A stretch of 62,231 nucleotides of DNA, the filler included, from Sphacelaria rigidula (taxonomy: Eukaryota): NCBI GenBank assembly GCA_964200075.2. It is 7 parts of 7 records of this genome, joined end to end, with 100 filler letters (N's around TTAATTAATTAA, not from the genome) between each part and the next. Parts side by side here need not be neighbours in the genome. Positions count along the whole stretch, not along the records: positions 1 to 8,806 come from CAXNAA020010049.1; positions 8,907 to 17,711 come from CAXNAA020010050.1; 5 more parts are not named here. One strand, 5' to 3'. The notes beneath the pieces are model-generated. The model did no database searches. It was not told where the DNA came from and was given only the letters and a program-made list of their open reading frames with translations. The translations under genes and the position numbers were made by a program. Positions 1 through 10,984 of the stretch are shown one piece after another. Position 1 is the stretch's first letter. Every line of letters begins with the position of its first letter.

Positions 1-830
1 GGACACCAGAAGGACTACAGACACAGATAAACGAGGCGCTAGAATACACTAGGAAATGGAGAGTGACAGCGAACGTAAACAAATGCGCGGTACTCGTCTG
101 TAACGCAGATAAGAAAAATCCGATAGAGTTCAAACGGAAGTGGGCAGAAGAGGAATTGCCGATCGTAGACCAGTATACATACCTTGGCATAGAGATCTCA
201 GAAAACTGTTCTTGCGACGCACACATAAACAGTGTAATAGAAGAGGGTAAGGCACAGATAGGCAGGTTGGACGTGATCCACAGAGATAAGCGCCTAGACA
301 CTAGGATTAAGGGACGTATCCTGATGAACGTGATCGTACCAAAGCTTAAATATGCAGGAGAAGTATGGGAGGGGAACGCGAAGTTGGTTGAGAGGTTAGA
401 AACAGTACAGATGGCGGCAGCTATGAAGATACTTGGATGCTCGAAAACGACGAGTAATACAGTTTTGAGAGCAGAGTAGGGGGTGTACTCACTGAAAACA
501 GACAGAGACATGAAGAAATTGCGATGACAGTACAGCGTAAAGAACATGCAGCTTTAGTTGATAGGGCTGTATGGAGGAAAAGTACGAAAGGGCGTGCGAT
601 AAGGTGGGATAGAGAAGTCGAGAAAGTGTGGAAGGAGATGGGCGGAAACCAAGACGAAATCCTGTCCACAGATAAAGGCGCGGGGTACAAGGAGAAAGTA
701 AGGAACATGATTGAAGTAAGAGGATAAGGAGCGCTCACACGCTCACACGCAAGGTGGACGAGAAAGAACACCTGGAGATGTACGGGTGGTTGAGAGAGGG
801 GATAGGGATGAAAGCATGTTCTGCAATCAA
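1..830 (+). pseudogene. Decayed LINE (non-LTR retrotransposon) ORF2 fragment: end of reverse transcriptase domain and downstream region
   Basis: Frame 3 reads TPEGLQTQINEALEYTRKWRVTANVNKC...YTYLGIEI...IVPKLKYAGEVW...ILGCSKTTSNTVLRAE, the typical LINE RT motifs that follow YADD. In-frame TAG at 477-479, then further stops and frameshifts. Confidence 0.88.
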
Positions 831-1823
831 GAATGGGATGGTCGTGGATGCCGCCAACTTGAGAAATGTTTCCCGGACATTCCAATACCAGTATCCGGGA
901 CTACTACAATAGTCTTCGGAAGGTACCACCTTCACCATGTAGCCGTGGTACTTGAACGGGGTAATGGGCAAACACCAAGTAGGACTGGGTATTATGTTCA
1001 CGGACGTTTGAAAGTATGACGTGCTTTATCGGCACGCGAAGTACGTACACGGCACATGTGATTGTAGTGGTGCATCGACCCTGCCTTCGTGATGGGGGCA
1101 CATCACACATGAGGGTTTGAGGTTTTCACAGTCAAGCCTTGTTTACTGTATGTGCCATTGCCAAGCACATGACAATATGAAAGTGCGTACTACGCTTGAT
1201 GGACAGTTTTTCATATGGTCGGCATTTCATTCGTACCTCCCCCACGCGTCCATCTTTTTGAAGTGGTTCAACGAGGGTCCTGTGAGATTTTCATTTTTGC
1301 CGTCCGGTTCTCAGACAGTCACTCGAGACCTCAGCCCGGCTGAGAGATGTTCACGCGAGAGCTTGCCATCCGCGTCAGATGGATCGATTGTTTCGATGCA
1401 TCTTGATGTGAGCACACTCAAAATTCACTGAGTTGCACGTGCCCAGACGAAACATAGCGTTGTGTTGTTGGCGATAGAACAGCATAGTACACAGGTTAGC
1501 ACACACAGAGGGGCATTGGCAAGCGTCTCTGCAAACGATCGTTTTTGCTCCAAATGTCCTCACGAGTGCACACCATCTAGTGTCTCGGGAGTATGCGTAA
1601 CCCTGTTTCCCCTTCAACCAAGGTCCTGAAACACCCTGTACCCGTCGTGGTGCTAGTGGGAATGTTTCGGCTTTCAAGACACAGCTGCCCCGGACCGAAT
1701 TTGAACGAAATGGGGGGTAAGATGTTGTACAGGCTGCGCCGCCCAAGACGCTGACAGGGATGTGAACACGCGATTCAGCAGCTCATTGTTGGGTCGTTTC
1801 CTATGAAAGTGTGACACAATATT

Positions 1824-2003
1824 CAGGACGGATGTGCTAAGACGCCCCCATTTGCCCCGTACATTTATTTTTGTTTTGTTCGGAGTTATTTACGATTTTG
1901 TTCCGAAACAAAACTGTTCTGCAATGTTTGGTCGCCGACAACTCACGGAGAGAACAAAAATGATGTACGGGGCAAATGGGGGCGTCTTTACACATACATC
2001 CTG
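1824..2003. mobile_element. MITE / fold-back with ~40 bp terminal inverted repeats (TIRs)
   Basis: AAGACGCCCCCATTTGCCCCGTACAT (~1839) is the exact reverse complement of ATGTACGGGGCAAATGGGGGCGTCTT (~1963-1988). The match extends imperfectly to CAGG...CCTG ends. No clear TSD. Confidence 0.65.
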
Positions 2004-3389
2004 TACATCGTGTCGAACGTTCATAGAAAACAGCCTGAAATTAAGCTGCTAAATCGTGAATTTGTGTCCAAGATTGGTTTCCATGTGGAGAATTACCGGC
2101 CACGAAAAAATGAAACGCGGTTATGCTGTTCATATTCAAGTATTTCTGCACGGGATTCCGACACGATGCGCATGAGGTAAGCTGTGAATTCTCTATTGTC
2201 CCCCCTTGACACTTTTTTTCAATGAGTTGTCGACGCTTTTGTAACAGGAAAAAATGTTGCGAAATTTAGATCACCAATCACAGACGAGGAAAATAAAATT
2301 AATAGGGGCAACGGTAGGGGCTCCACATATACCTTAAGTATATCGTGTCAAACTTTCATGGAAAACAACTTCAAAATGAGCAGTGAAATCGCGTTTTTCT
2401 GTCGAAAACCGGTTCGCTTGCTTTTAGAGTATAACAACCTCAGCCGGGACTTTGACGTTTTCTACAAGCGCGACGCCTTGGCGCGCTGGAGGTCTCGTCT
2501 GCGTGACATCTCAGACACTGCGTGCCCACAGTACGACATGCTTTGTTGTACAACCACAACTGGTGCAGCACCATCACTTTACGGCCGCGGCACAACTGAT
2601 CGTAACCGTAAATGCGATTTCAGCCGTTTTTCCCCCCATAATTCCGCCGCACATGCCACCCTCAACTCTCTACACTCCTCTCAATCAAGACTCTGAAACA
2701 CCCTGTACTGCTAGACACAGCTGCCTCGGACCGCATATGACCGAAATGGAGGGTAAACTGTTGTATTGTGCCTGATCGCGGGTCTGGATTTGCGAGTTTT
2801 TCACGGGAGAACCCGACCTTTGACAAGCTTACGCAGGCGCACTGCTCATAGGTTCCATGTCCGCCTTTGCACATGGCGTGCCTGGTGCACACTTGAAGGG
2901 TGCTTGAAGGGTAATGAAACATTCGTTTATTGTAGCTATGATGATTGGGAAGACAGGTGCAATATGTCACAGAATATGGACTGGAATCACATGTCACAGT
3001 AGCAGCAAATAAACGGCGACCCTTCCCATTCGTTCAGGCACTTTATTCGTCAACTTGCATCAAACATATACAGTTGACCTCGAACCACAATCACTACAGT
3101 ACCCCACGCGTTAAGCATCACTGAACATAGAACATCTCCTCACTTGAAAGCACATGTGCCAGACATGTGTACAATACCGTTTTCCTTCCAGACGTTTGTG
3201 CCCTACTAGCGTAGCTTTCTCGTTTATGTAGCATTTATCGGCGCGGCATATGTAAAATGCGTGTCCATTTTAGAACGCATTTGTTCACGACAGGTAAAGT
3301 AGTACATGTTCACTGTAGGATGTATGTCCGACACAGGCGGGATGATTCCTCATCACGCTTGAAGGTACGTCTAACAATGGTGATGTTCT

Positions 3390-3712
3390 GATAGTGTAGA
3401 AAACGTTTCCCCAACGTTTGGTCATCTATGGGTGGGTTTCGAAAACTTCACCCTTCTCACGCGTCGGCTGGTTTCCACAAGGACCGTAAAGGGAAGGATC
3501 CTTACGGTGACGACTATGGTCATGTCGGCATCATCTAGAATATTTGCACCAACCGCGTACAGTCGTGATATACTCATCCAACAGATGTGCAATGCACTGT
3601 ACTGGAAGCCTCGATGTGTCTCCCAACAGTTTTTCGCTCCGCTCAACTTCCGGCGTTTTCCTGTCATGGCACTCTGATCCTGGCGACAACCAAGTACTAC
3701 CATGCACACCAT
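3390..3712 (-). pseudogene. Possible hAT-type transposase relic (frameshifted)
   Basis: Minus-strand pieces in different frames read VLGCRQDQSAM, PVQCIAHLLD and MTKRWGNVF, resembling the hAT D, CxxH and (T)RW motifs in the expected order. Stops are present. Confidence 0.35.
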
Positions 3713-4588
3713 GTAGACGCGATACGAGCCGTGAAGTCCAAGAGATAAGTGGCTGAGACAAACATCAGGTTACCCAACATATGAACGCACTTGTGGTTGA
3801 AGTGGAAAACAGAGCAATACATTACTTTTGTTTCCGACGGTACCCGATAAGGCAAAAGGGATAAAGACACCCATGCATGGGAGCACATGTGCGCGTGTAT
3901 TGAGATTCGGCAGCTATGTGTACGTATCTGCGCGTGTGCACATACCAGGTTCGGTATCAATATTGATATCATTTGCTTTCAACGGTCGCGTGTACCGCTG
4001 TTGAAAACAAAAGTCATCCCTCTTCCATTTATATTCCTAGCAGTGAAATAGAACAGGACCAAACCAGGCCAGTAGTTCGGAACCTGGTCAGGCATCTTTG
4101 AGCTCAGCACGATTTCCCCTTACTTGTAGGTATATATGATATTCTCCAACAATGTCAGGTATTCTGCCAGTGTAGAGCAGCTTCATAGAAGGTTCGGCAA
4201 GTGTTCTACAGGCCCTGAATGCTACGATACTACATGTACCATGCCCGGTGAATCACGACTCGGAAATATGCGTTCAAGGGTTTCTGCTTTCATTCGCCTC
4301 TTGTACTCTATCGATGCTATACGTGCTTTAGATCCATATTGCCGTATTGATGAGGAAGTCCTACTCGCTTGGATTACCTCGGGCACTAAGGTTGTAGTCA
4401 CGGAGATGCGTTCATGTAAAGTGTCATTTCAGTAAGGACGGGCAGCTCCTGTCCTTCCCGTTCATGTGCGACGATAGTGTTTTTTTTCAACGCTGTTTCT
4501 CGTGAGCTGACATCAGAACCCTCCGGTGTTATGCCAATTGTGCTACCGCGAGCAGTTACTCCTCAACAAAAACCGCGTGACAAAGCTG

Positions 4589-6505
4589 ATGGCCAGCGTG
4601 GCGAGGAGAGAGTGCATACACGAGGGCTGCCCGAAGCGACCATGGTATGGTGTACCGGGCTACAAGGCGGAGTTCTGCTCTCAGCATGCCAGGCCGGGGA
4701 TGGTAGATGTTGTGTCAAAAAAATGCGGCGACGAGTTCTGCTCGAAGAAGCCGTCGTATGGTGTGTCAGGAAGCAAGAAGGCGGAGTTCTGCTCTCAGCA
4801 TGCCAGGGCGGGGATGGTGGATGTTGTGTCAAAGAAATGCGGCGACGAGGGCTGCTCGAAAATTCCGTCGTTTGGTGTGGCGGGAAGCAAGAAGGCGGAG
4901 TTCTGCTCTCAGCATGCCATGGCGGGAATGGTGAATGTGGTCCACCAGACGTGCGGTGATGATCGCTGCTCCAAGACGCCGTTATATGGTGTGGCAGGAG
5001 GCAAGAAGGCGGCGTTTTGCTCCAAGCATGCCAGGCCGGGAATGGTTGATGTGGTGGGGGAGAAATGCGGCAAGGAGGGCTGCTCAAAGAAGCCGTCGTA
5101 TGGTGTGGCAGGAAGCAAGAAGGCGGAGTTCTGCTCCAAGCATGCCAGGGCGGGAATGGTTGATGTGGCGACAAAGAAATGCGGGAACGAGGGCTGCTCC
5201 AAGCAGCCGTCGTTTGGTGTGGCAGGAAGCAAGAAGGCGGAGTTTTGCTTGAAGCATCCCACGGCGAAAATGGTGAACGTGTTGGGCAAAAAGTGCGGCG
5301 ACGAGGGCTGCTCCACGACGCCGTCGTATGGTGTAGCGGGGAGCAAGAAGGCGGAGTTTTGCTTGAAGCATGCCAGGGCGAGAATGGTAAATGTGTTGGG
5401 CAAAAAGTGCGGCGACGAGGGCTGCTCCACGACGCCGTCGTATGGTGTAGCGGGAAGCAAGAAGGCGGACTTTTGCTTAAGGCATGCCAGGGCGGGAATG
5501 GTGAATGTGGTGCACAAGAAGTGTGGCTACCAGGGCTGCCCTACGCGCCCATCGTATGGTGTGGCGGGAAGCAAGAAGGCAGACTTCTGCTCTCAGCATG
5601 CCGGGGCGGGAATGTTCAACGTGGTGAACAAGAAATGCGGCGATGAGGGCTGCTCGAAAACGCCATCTAATTATGTGGCGGGAAGCAAGCAGGTGAAGGT
5701 TTGCGCGCAGCATGCCAGGGCTGGAATGGTGGATGTGGTGACAAAGAAATGCGACGATGAGGGCTGCTCGAAGAAGCCGTCGTATGATTTGGCGGGAAGC
5801 AAGAAGGCGGAGTTTTTCTCTCAGCATGCCAGGGCGGGAATGGTTCATGTGGCGAGCTACAAACCTAGCAGAGAGGGATGCTTGAACTTGGATATTCTGA
5901 AGGACGACAACCGTGATGAGGCAAAATTGTGCTGGCAGCATCCTACTGCTGCGCATGATTTAGCTACAGTGTACGACACGGGAGAGCTCAGCACTGGGAA
6001 GGCCACCTCCACTCGTTGCATTACAGAGGGTGGTGGAGGAAGCGTTGCTGGCGTGCGAGGAACAAAACGCAAGCGCGCACCATGCTTGAGTTTTGGCACA
6101 AGCGACGTTATGGATGCTCGACGTTGTGTGTACCCTGTTGCCAGGCGGATTGGTGTAACACCACCGTTGTTTTCGGGCCAGCTACCCTCATGGGGCGATC
6201 ATCAGGTGTCTTCCGTGCCAAGGGTAGGAGCAGGAGTGAAGGTAGAGGTGGCAGCTCCTTTTTCTATACACAATTGCGCTGGAATGGGAGAGTTTTGCAA
6301 GCATACTGCCCCTTTGAGGGATTGGAGCAGTGCAGGTAGTAAAAGTAGCCCCAGCAGCAGCAGTTGTGGTGTGAATGCGGGACGGCTTTGTGGTTCCCAG
6401 GCAGTTGTATCTGGGTCTCCTGGCGGGTTTGTTGGTGTGGAACCAGTAGAGACGTTGGAGGGTTCAAGCGTGAAGTTGGAGCTAGGAGCGGCGTCCGACA
6501 GATGA
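4589..6505 (+). CDS. EsV-1-7 cysteine-rich repeat protein (IMM/EsV-1-7 family), 11 tandem C-X4-C-X16-C-X2-H-X12 repeats, intronless
   Basis: Long open ORF with first ATG at 4589 (the ORF-track start at 4526 is GTG). One 37-aa and ten 38-aa repeats such as CGDEGCSKKPSYGVAGSKKAEFCSQHARAGMVDVVSKK at 4613-5863. The C-terminal tail has a KRKR NLS-like motif. An upstream exon cannot be excluded. Confidence 0.92.
   Translation: MASVARRECIHEGCPKRPWYGVPGYKAEFCSQHARPGMVDVVSKKCGDEFCSKKPSYGVSGSKKAEFCSQHARAGMVDVVSKKCGDEGCSKIPSFGVAGSKKAEFCSQHAMAGMVNVVHQTCGDDRCSKTPLYGVAGGKKAAFCSKHARPGMVDVVGEKCGKEGCSKKPSYGVAGSKKAEFCSKHARAGMVDVATKKCGNEGCSKQPSFGVAGSKKAEFCLKHPTAKMVNVLGKKCGDEGCSTTPSYGVAGSKKAEFCLKHARARMVNVLGKKCGDEGCSTTPSYGVAGSKKADFCLRHARAGMVNVVHKKCGYQGCPTRPSYGVAGSKKADFCSQHAGAGMFNVVNKKCGDEGCSKTPSNYVAGSKQVKVCAQHARAGMVDVVTKKCDDEGCSKKPSYDLAGSKKAEFFSQHARAGMVHVASYKPSREGCLNLDILKDDNRDEAKLCWQHPTAAHDLATVYDTGELSTGKATSTRCITEGGGGSVAGVRGTKRKRAPCLSFGTSDVMDARRCVYPVARRIGVTPPLFSGQLPSWGDHQVSSVPRVGAGVKVEVAAPFSIHNCAGMGEFCKHTAPLRDWSSAGSKSSPSSSSCGVNAGRLCGSQAVVSGSPGGFVGVEPVETLEGSSVKLELGAASDR
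4613..5863 (+). repeat. 114-bp coding tandem repeat x11 (EsV-1-7 units)
   Basis: The first Cys codon of each unit recurs every 114 nt from 4724; the first unit is 111 nt. Confidence 0.95.
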
Positions 6506-7016
6506 TGGATGGTGCTGTTCCTTGTACTGATCTTGTTTAGATACGCGGGGAGTATGCTGAACGCCAGCTTGCACGACCCGCCCCCTCAAACGGAAGGTGG
6601 CTGGTACGCATGGTTTGCTCTCTCGATGTGGAGGAGCTCGCAAGGTTGTGGGGTCCTGATATCCCAATGCTATGTTCCACCAGGATGTCGTGGACACTTG
6701 GGCTTTACAGGTGTGATCGCCATGTGTCTTGCAGCCATGTACCAAGAGCTGCCACAAGGTAGATGCACTGTGGAAGTCGGCCGCCATGTGAACCGTGATA
6801 CAACTCAGGCAGTAATCATATCTAGCTTTCTCTAGATGATGCAGTACGACTATCGAGGTGCAAGTCTCGAGCACCGGGATGAAGGCACGGAGACGGAAAG
6901 AGGCCTTTAACTTGCCATCCTCGTTCATTTTACACCTGCGTGTGTATTCCAAACCACAGCGCACGTAGTGTCGCACACTTATGGAAGGACAATAAAGCTA
7001 TGTCGTCGCCCCCTCT

Positions 7017-7545
7017 CCAACTTCACGAAGTGAATTGGTCTCTGCTCCGGGTAGAAACTTCGACTCACCGGTTTTCCGCGACTTGTTTTTTGCTGTAGAT
7101 GTTTGGCGACTCGAATTTTGCGGCTCGTTTTTCGCCACAGGTTTTTTGCTACAGTTTTTCCACTCTTCAACCATCTCTGATTTCGTGTCATGGGGAAACC
7201 TTTTTTCAAATAGAAACTAAACACAAATTTCTCCAAGGGGCACCTCGACACGCAGCAGTTCCTGCTGCGTATCTAGTATCATGCTTCAGATCGAAGTCTT
7301 GAGGGAGAAGCTTGCAGCTGCTTGACGCTTGACGCTGTCGCCTGTCTTCCCGATAAACAGCAGTTGATTTCCATGTACAAGGATGACATAGTGAGTTCCG
7401 GCTACCGATGTCTACAACGACAGTGATCGGCCGTGTGTGCTCCTTAGAGCCCCACTGCGGCCAAAAGGGGCGCCTGGACACACAGCAGGTGCTGCTGCCT
7501 AGCTAGTATCATGCTCCAAATCGAAGTCTTTAGTGAGAAAATATA
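7017..7545 (+). mobile_element. Dispersed repeat family X (no TIR, unclassified), copy 1
   Basis: Shares CGAAGTGA..TTGGT.TCTGCTCCGGGT..AA.TTCGA and TATCAT.CT.CA.AT.GAAGTCTT.AG.GAGAA with 16318-16689 and with the reverse complement of 53485-54016. Confidence 0.7.
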
Positions 7546-7938
7546 TAATATTTGACTCGCAATTTCGAGCAACAAATGGCCCAAAATACCTCCCCCCCCT
7601 ATCGTAGGATGACTCGTGAGCATTAATAAAAGATAATAATGTGCCCGTGCAATGTATTTTGCGCACGAATCACACCCGTGCCGTGCCTTCCCCGACTTTC
7701 CGTGAAAAATAGAATCCTCGAAGAACGAGCACGACGCCCAAACTAGTCGCGATGCTATCAACAATGTCGATATTGTTGAAAGAAATTGATGACTGAACAC
7801 TGACGAAACCTATATTGTCTGGCGGGTTTTGCGAGGTTCGTATATTTGCCTCTGCTCCTTGACCACCCTGTCCCAATGACTTCGGATGCCGGCAACGCCC
7901 ACACACATCTATATGCACAATACACGAGCGTACGGTAG

Positions 7939-8151
7939 CTGTAATGCGTGAGAGGACCGCGTGCTTAGAGGACCGCGCCGTGGTCCAAAACACCTCAGGA
8001 TCGACGTTTTTCAAAACCAATCAGGCCAGTACCTGCAGGTACCACGTCCCTGACTATAACCCTAACACTAACCCTAACGCTAACCCTAACCATAGGGATG
8101 TTCAAATTCCGATGCGGTCCTCTAAGCCCGCGGTCCTCTCACGCATTACAG
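7939..8151. mobile_element. MITE with 38-bp TIR, 3-bp TSD (TAG) and internal CCCTAA telomere-type repeats
   Basis: CTGTAATGCGTGAGAGGACCGCGTGCTTAGAGGACCGC ... GCGGTCCTCTAAGCCCGCGGTCCTCTCACGCATTACAG, with TAG on both flanks. TAACCCTAACACTAACCCTAACGCTAACCCTAACC lies at ~8057-8091. Confidence 0.85.
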
Positions 8152-8529
8152 TAGCGACAGCCTGTAGCCAAAGTAGCAACATTATCTCATGCCTAGCCAA
8201 ATTTTCCCGGGCTACTTATGGTAGGTAGTCGAGGCACACGGCACGGAACATGATCCCATAGGGTAATCATGGTAGGTGATGGGGTTGGGGGCGGTGTGTG
8301 CCCATCATCTCAGCGGTCACCCTACCAAGGATCTCTGTACACGGCAGCTGACCGCATCCGCCAACGCCTCGGCAATAAACAAGGAGACAGCATCCTGGGT
8401 GCACCCCCCCCCCCCCCCCCCCCCCCAGAAGTATAAAAGGAGGAGCGGGACGTGCTAGAGGGCGAAATGCGGGTCGTGAACGAAAGTGGCATGGCATCGT
8501 TTGATGCATTAGTAGGGAGAAAACGATGG

Positions 8530-8745
8530 TTATACTAGGAGATGGATGGTGGCCACAGACGGCGAAACAGCACGGGGGTAATATATGTAAAATGTTTTTG
8601 TGTAATGTGTGGAAGAAACGTAATGAGCACCAGAATGTTGGAGGTGGCTCTACGAGGAGTAGGAACGGTGCTCTGTCTCGGAGGGGAGGCGTGGTCAACG
8701 GTCAAACGACCAGGGCAAGCAATGAATGAGTACGCCCCACCCCAA
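8530..8745 (+). mobile_element. C-tailed dispersed repeat, subfamily A
   Basis: Aligns with 43285-43520 (ACAGACGGCGAAACAG...CGTAATGAGCACC..AATGTTGGAG...GCAAGCAA..AATG.GTAC-polyC). Confidence 0.8.
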
Positions 8746-8806
8746 AAAAACAGGGGACATCAACCGACCCCCCCCACCGTAACACACCACCAAGGGACTA
8801 GGACAC

Positions 8807-8906
8807 NNNNNNNNNNNNNNNNNNNNNNNNNNNNNNNNNNNNNNNNNNNNTTAATTAATTAANNNNNNNNNNNNNNNNNNNNNNNNNNNNNNNNNNNNNN
8901 NNNNNN
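8807..8906. other. Artificial contig linker (N44-TTAATTAATTAA-N44)
   Basis: Identical 100-bp spacer with stop codons in all frames, recurring every ~8904 bp. Confidence 0.99.
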
Positions 8907-8990
8907 TTTGTAGGGATGCGAGGTCAACGGTCTTATGACTATGGCACGCATGATCACGAGTACCCCCTCCTTCCCCCCCTCCCTCCTTCG
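8907..8990 (+). mobile_element. C-tailed dispersed repeat, subfamily B 3' end
   Basis: GGGATGCGAGGTCAACGGTCTTATGACTATGGCACGCATGATCACGAGTACCCCC, the same motif as at 26546 (+) and 30610, 35488, 61185, 62158 (-). Confidence 0.85.
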
Positions 8991-9836
8991 AGTTTCCGTC
9001 GAGTTTCGCCGTGTTTATTTACGACACTTTCCACGATATCCCCCCCCCCCCGAACCAGCCCAAAAGTGTAACGAAAAAAATGACGATACAGTGCCTGATG
9101 CTTGGATTGAGGCTGCATGAAGCGCCTCATATGGGCGACATTGGCGAGAACGAACCCAAGAGTGGGACTTCACAGCTGCTCGTTGCACTCGGCTTTTTCC
9201 ATTTCGATTTACGTGAAGAATTTGCTTCCCCAAACCATTCATTTTTTGGGGGGGGGAGTATCTCGGAAAGTGTCCTACCTTGGGCACATGCATCAGTAAC
9301 CGCGGCTGGATTGCTAGGGGATGAGTTGATGTGTGACGACTCACCTCACTCAATCCCCCATAGGTTGCGGCTCGTTCTGGAGGTGATCACACAAATCAGC
9401 CGCGTCACTGATGTATACCAATGACAACAGTTCGGTCTTTCCGATTTTCTGTCAATTGATATCGATGCCTGCAAAGGCAGTGCAGTGTACTGTACAGTGT
9501 CGGTATATTCTTGCTCCGAGTCCAGAAGGGTACTTTCAACTCGTGAATCAAGCTCATTGTCGCACATCTGACCGCTTGTAGCGGCCTAATTACTTGGTTT
9601 TAGAGTGTACGCTCCTGATTTGGACTCACAGAAAAAAACTTGGGTATGGTACCTGGACTGACCATCCCGCGGTGCGACGGCATGTCTGTTTGAGCCGGGT
9701 CAACAGGCACAAGATGCTGGTACTGTCTCCCGCTCGAGCCCCGCTCCCTGTGTACAGTACAAAGCGATCGATTTCATTTATTGAATCTCTTCGTTCTCGC
9801 GTGCTATTTGTTCATCACCAATGCGAACTTCTGCAG

Positions 9837-9988
9837 AGATGGACGGACGAGAGTTTGATGGAGCTCGCATCGTTGTTCAGCACGGCCGTGGACACCGACC
9901 CAACGGCCCAAAGTTCACCTCCCGACGCACGGATCACCGGGTCATTGTTGAAGGACTAGACTCGCGCACTAGCTGGCAGGACCTCAAG
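9837..9988 (+). CDS. SR splicing factor (SRSF1/SRSF4-6-like, RRM + pseudo-RRM + RS), internal exon A
   Basis: ctgcag|...EMDGREFDGARIVVQHGRG...TDHRVIVEGLDSRTSWQDLK|gtcggt. The diagnostic SWQDLKD motif is completed by the next exon. The 5' exons were not found on this contig. Confidence 0.93.
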
Positions 9989-10545
9989 GTCGGTCGGTCG
10001 ATCCCTGCGAAATATCAAGCACGAGTCACTTGAGATGGTATCGTCTGCAACTATTGTGAGAAAATTCCTTGTGTTGTGAATTCGGACAAGAAAATATATA
10101 CTTGTAGGCGGCGATTCCTGCGAGGAAACCGTGTATTTTGCTGTCTCACTCAGACGTGGAGTCGAATTAATTGCATGCTATTTTTGTGTCTTGAATGAAT
10201 GAAGCACATGGAGAAGAGCAGACGCATCATACGGCGTTGTATTTATGTTTCATGTGTATTTCTATCGTAACGGATCATTTCCCTGTGTGTACGACCAGAT
10301 CCCCTGTTATCAAAATGATACACAAATCTTGCGTTTGGTCATGTTCCATTATCGGTATGATTTCATTCCACTTACCTGAGCGTGGTAAATGCTGTAGGTG
10401 GAGGATGACGTAGGTCGCTGCGGCGCATGTCATTCATAAAGACATGTTGTGGTGCGCCTCCCCCCCCCTCCTCCTGTTGATGGTGTCGTGTTTCAACTTC
10501 CTGATGCCATGATGTCATGATGCCGTGATGCCGTACTCTACGCAG

Positions 10546-10612
10546 GATTTCGGACGCCAGGCAGGTCAGGTGTTGTACAGCGATGTTTTCTTCCGCAACG
10601 GCCGGCGCTGGG
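10546..10612 (+). CDS. SR splicing factor exon B
   Basis: acgcag|DFGRQAGQVLYSDVFFRNGRRW-G|gtgagt; 67 nt, phases fit both neighbours. Confidence 0.9.
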
Positions 10613-10889
10613 GTGAGTCCATGAGTTGACCGTTTGAAAGCGCGGGACCATACTTGTTGCAGGCAAAACAGTATGACGGGTATCCATCTCATCGATGTGA
10701 AGTGCCGAGCTATTTAGTCTCTTCGGGAGTATCATGTGATTCCACGATGTTACCGATGATTTCAACGCCCCTCTGTCGTGCCCGACGCTGCTGCTGGTGC
10801 TACTGCTGCTGCTTGTTCTGCTGCTTGTTCTGCTGCTTTTCCGTCGGACTGTGGGATGCATGTCATGTGGTGTTGCTCGGTCGATTCAG

Positions 10890-10984
10890 GCGTTGTGGAG
10901 TACTTGTCGCGAGATGACATGAAGTCGGCCATCAGAGTTCTGGACGACACCCGCCTGGGCGGGAAGTATATCCGCGTAAAAGAG
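10890..10984 (+). CDS. SR splicing factor exon C
   Basis: attcag|GVVEYLSRDDMKSAIRVLDDTRLGGKYIRVKE|gtgaga; end of the pseudo-RRM. Confidence 0.92.

Noticed and set aside
4613-5863. CRISPR-like regularly spaced repeats
   Set aside because: The whole unit is repeated in frame with no unique spacers; eukaryotic context and no cas genes.
4477-5956. Several long overlapping and antisense ORFs
   Set aside because: Shadow frames of the 114-bp EsV-1-7 coding repeat.
8851-8862. TTAATTAATTAA recurring with ~8.9-kb periodicity as a biological repeat
   Set aside because: It sits inside N runs of fixed length and is an assembly spacer.
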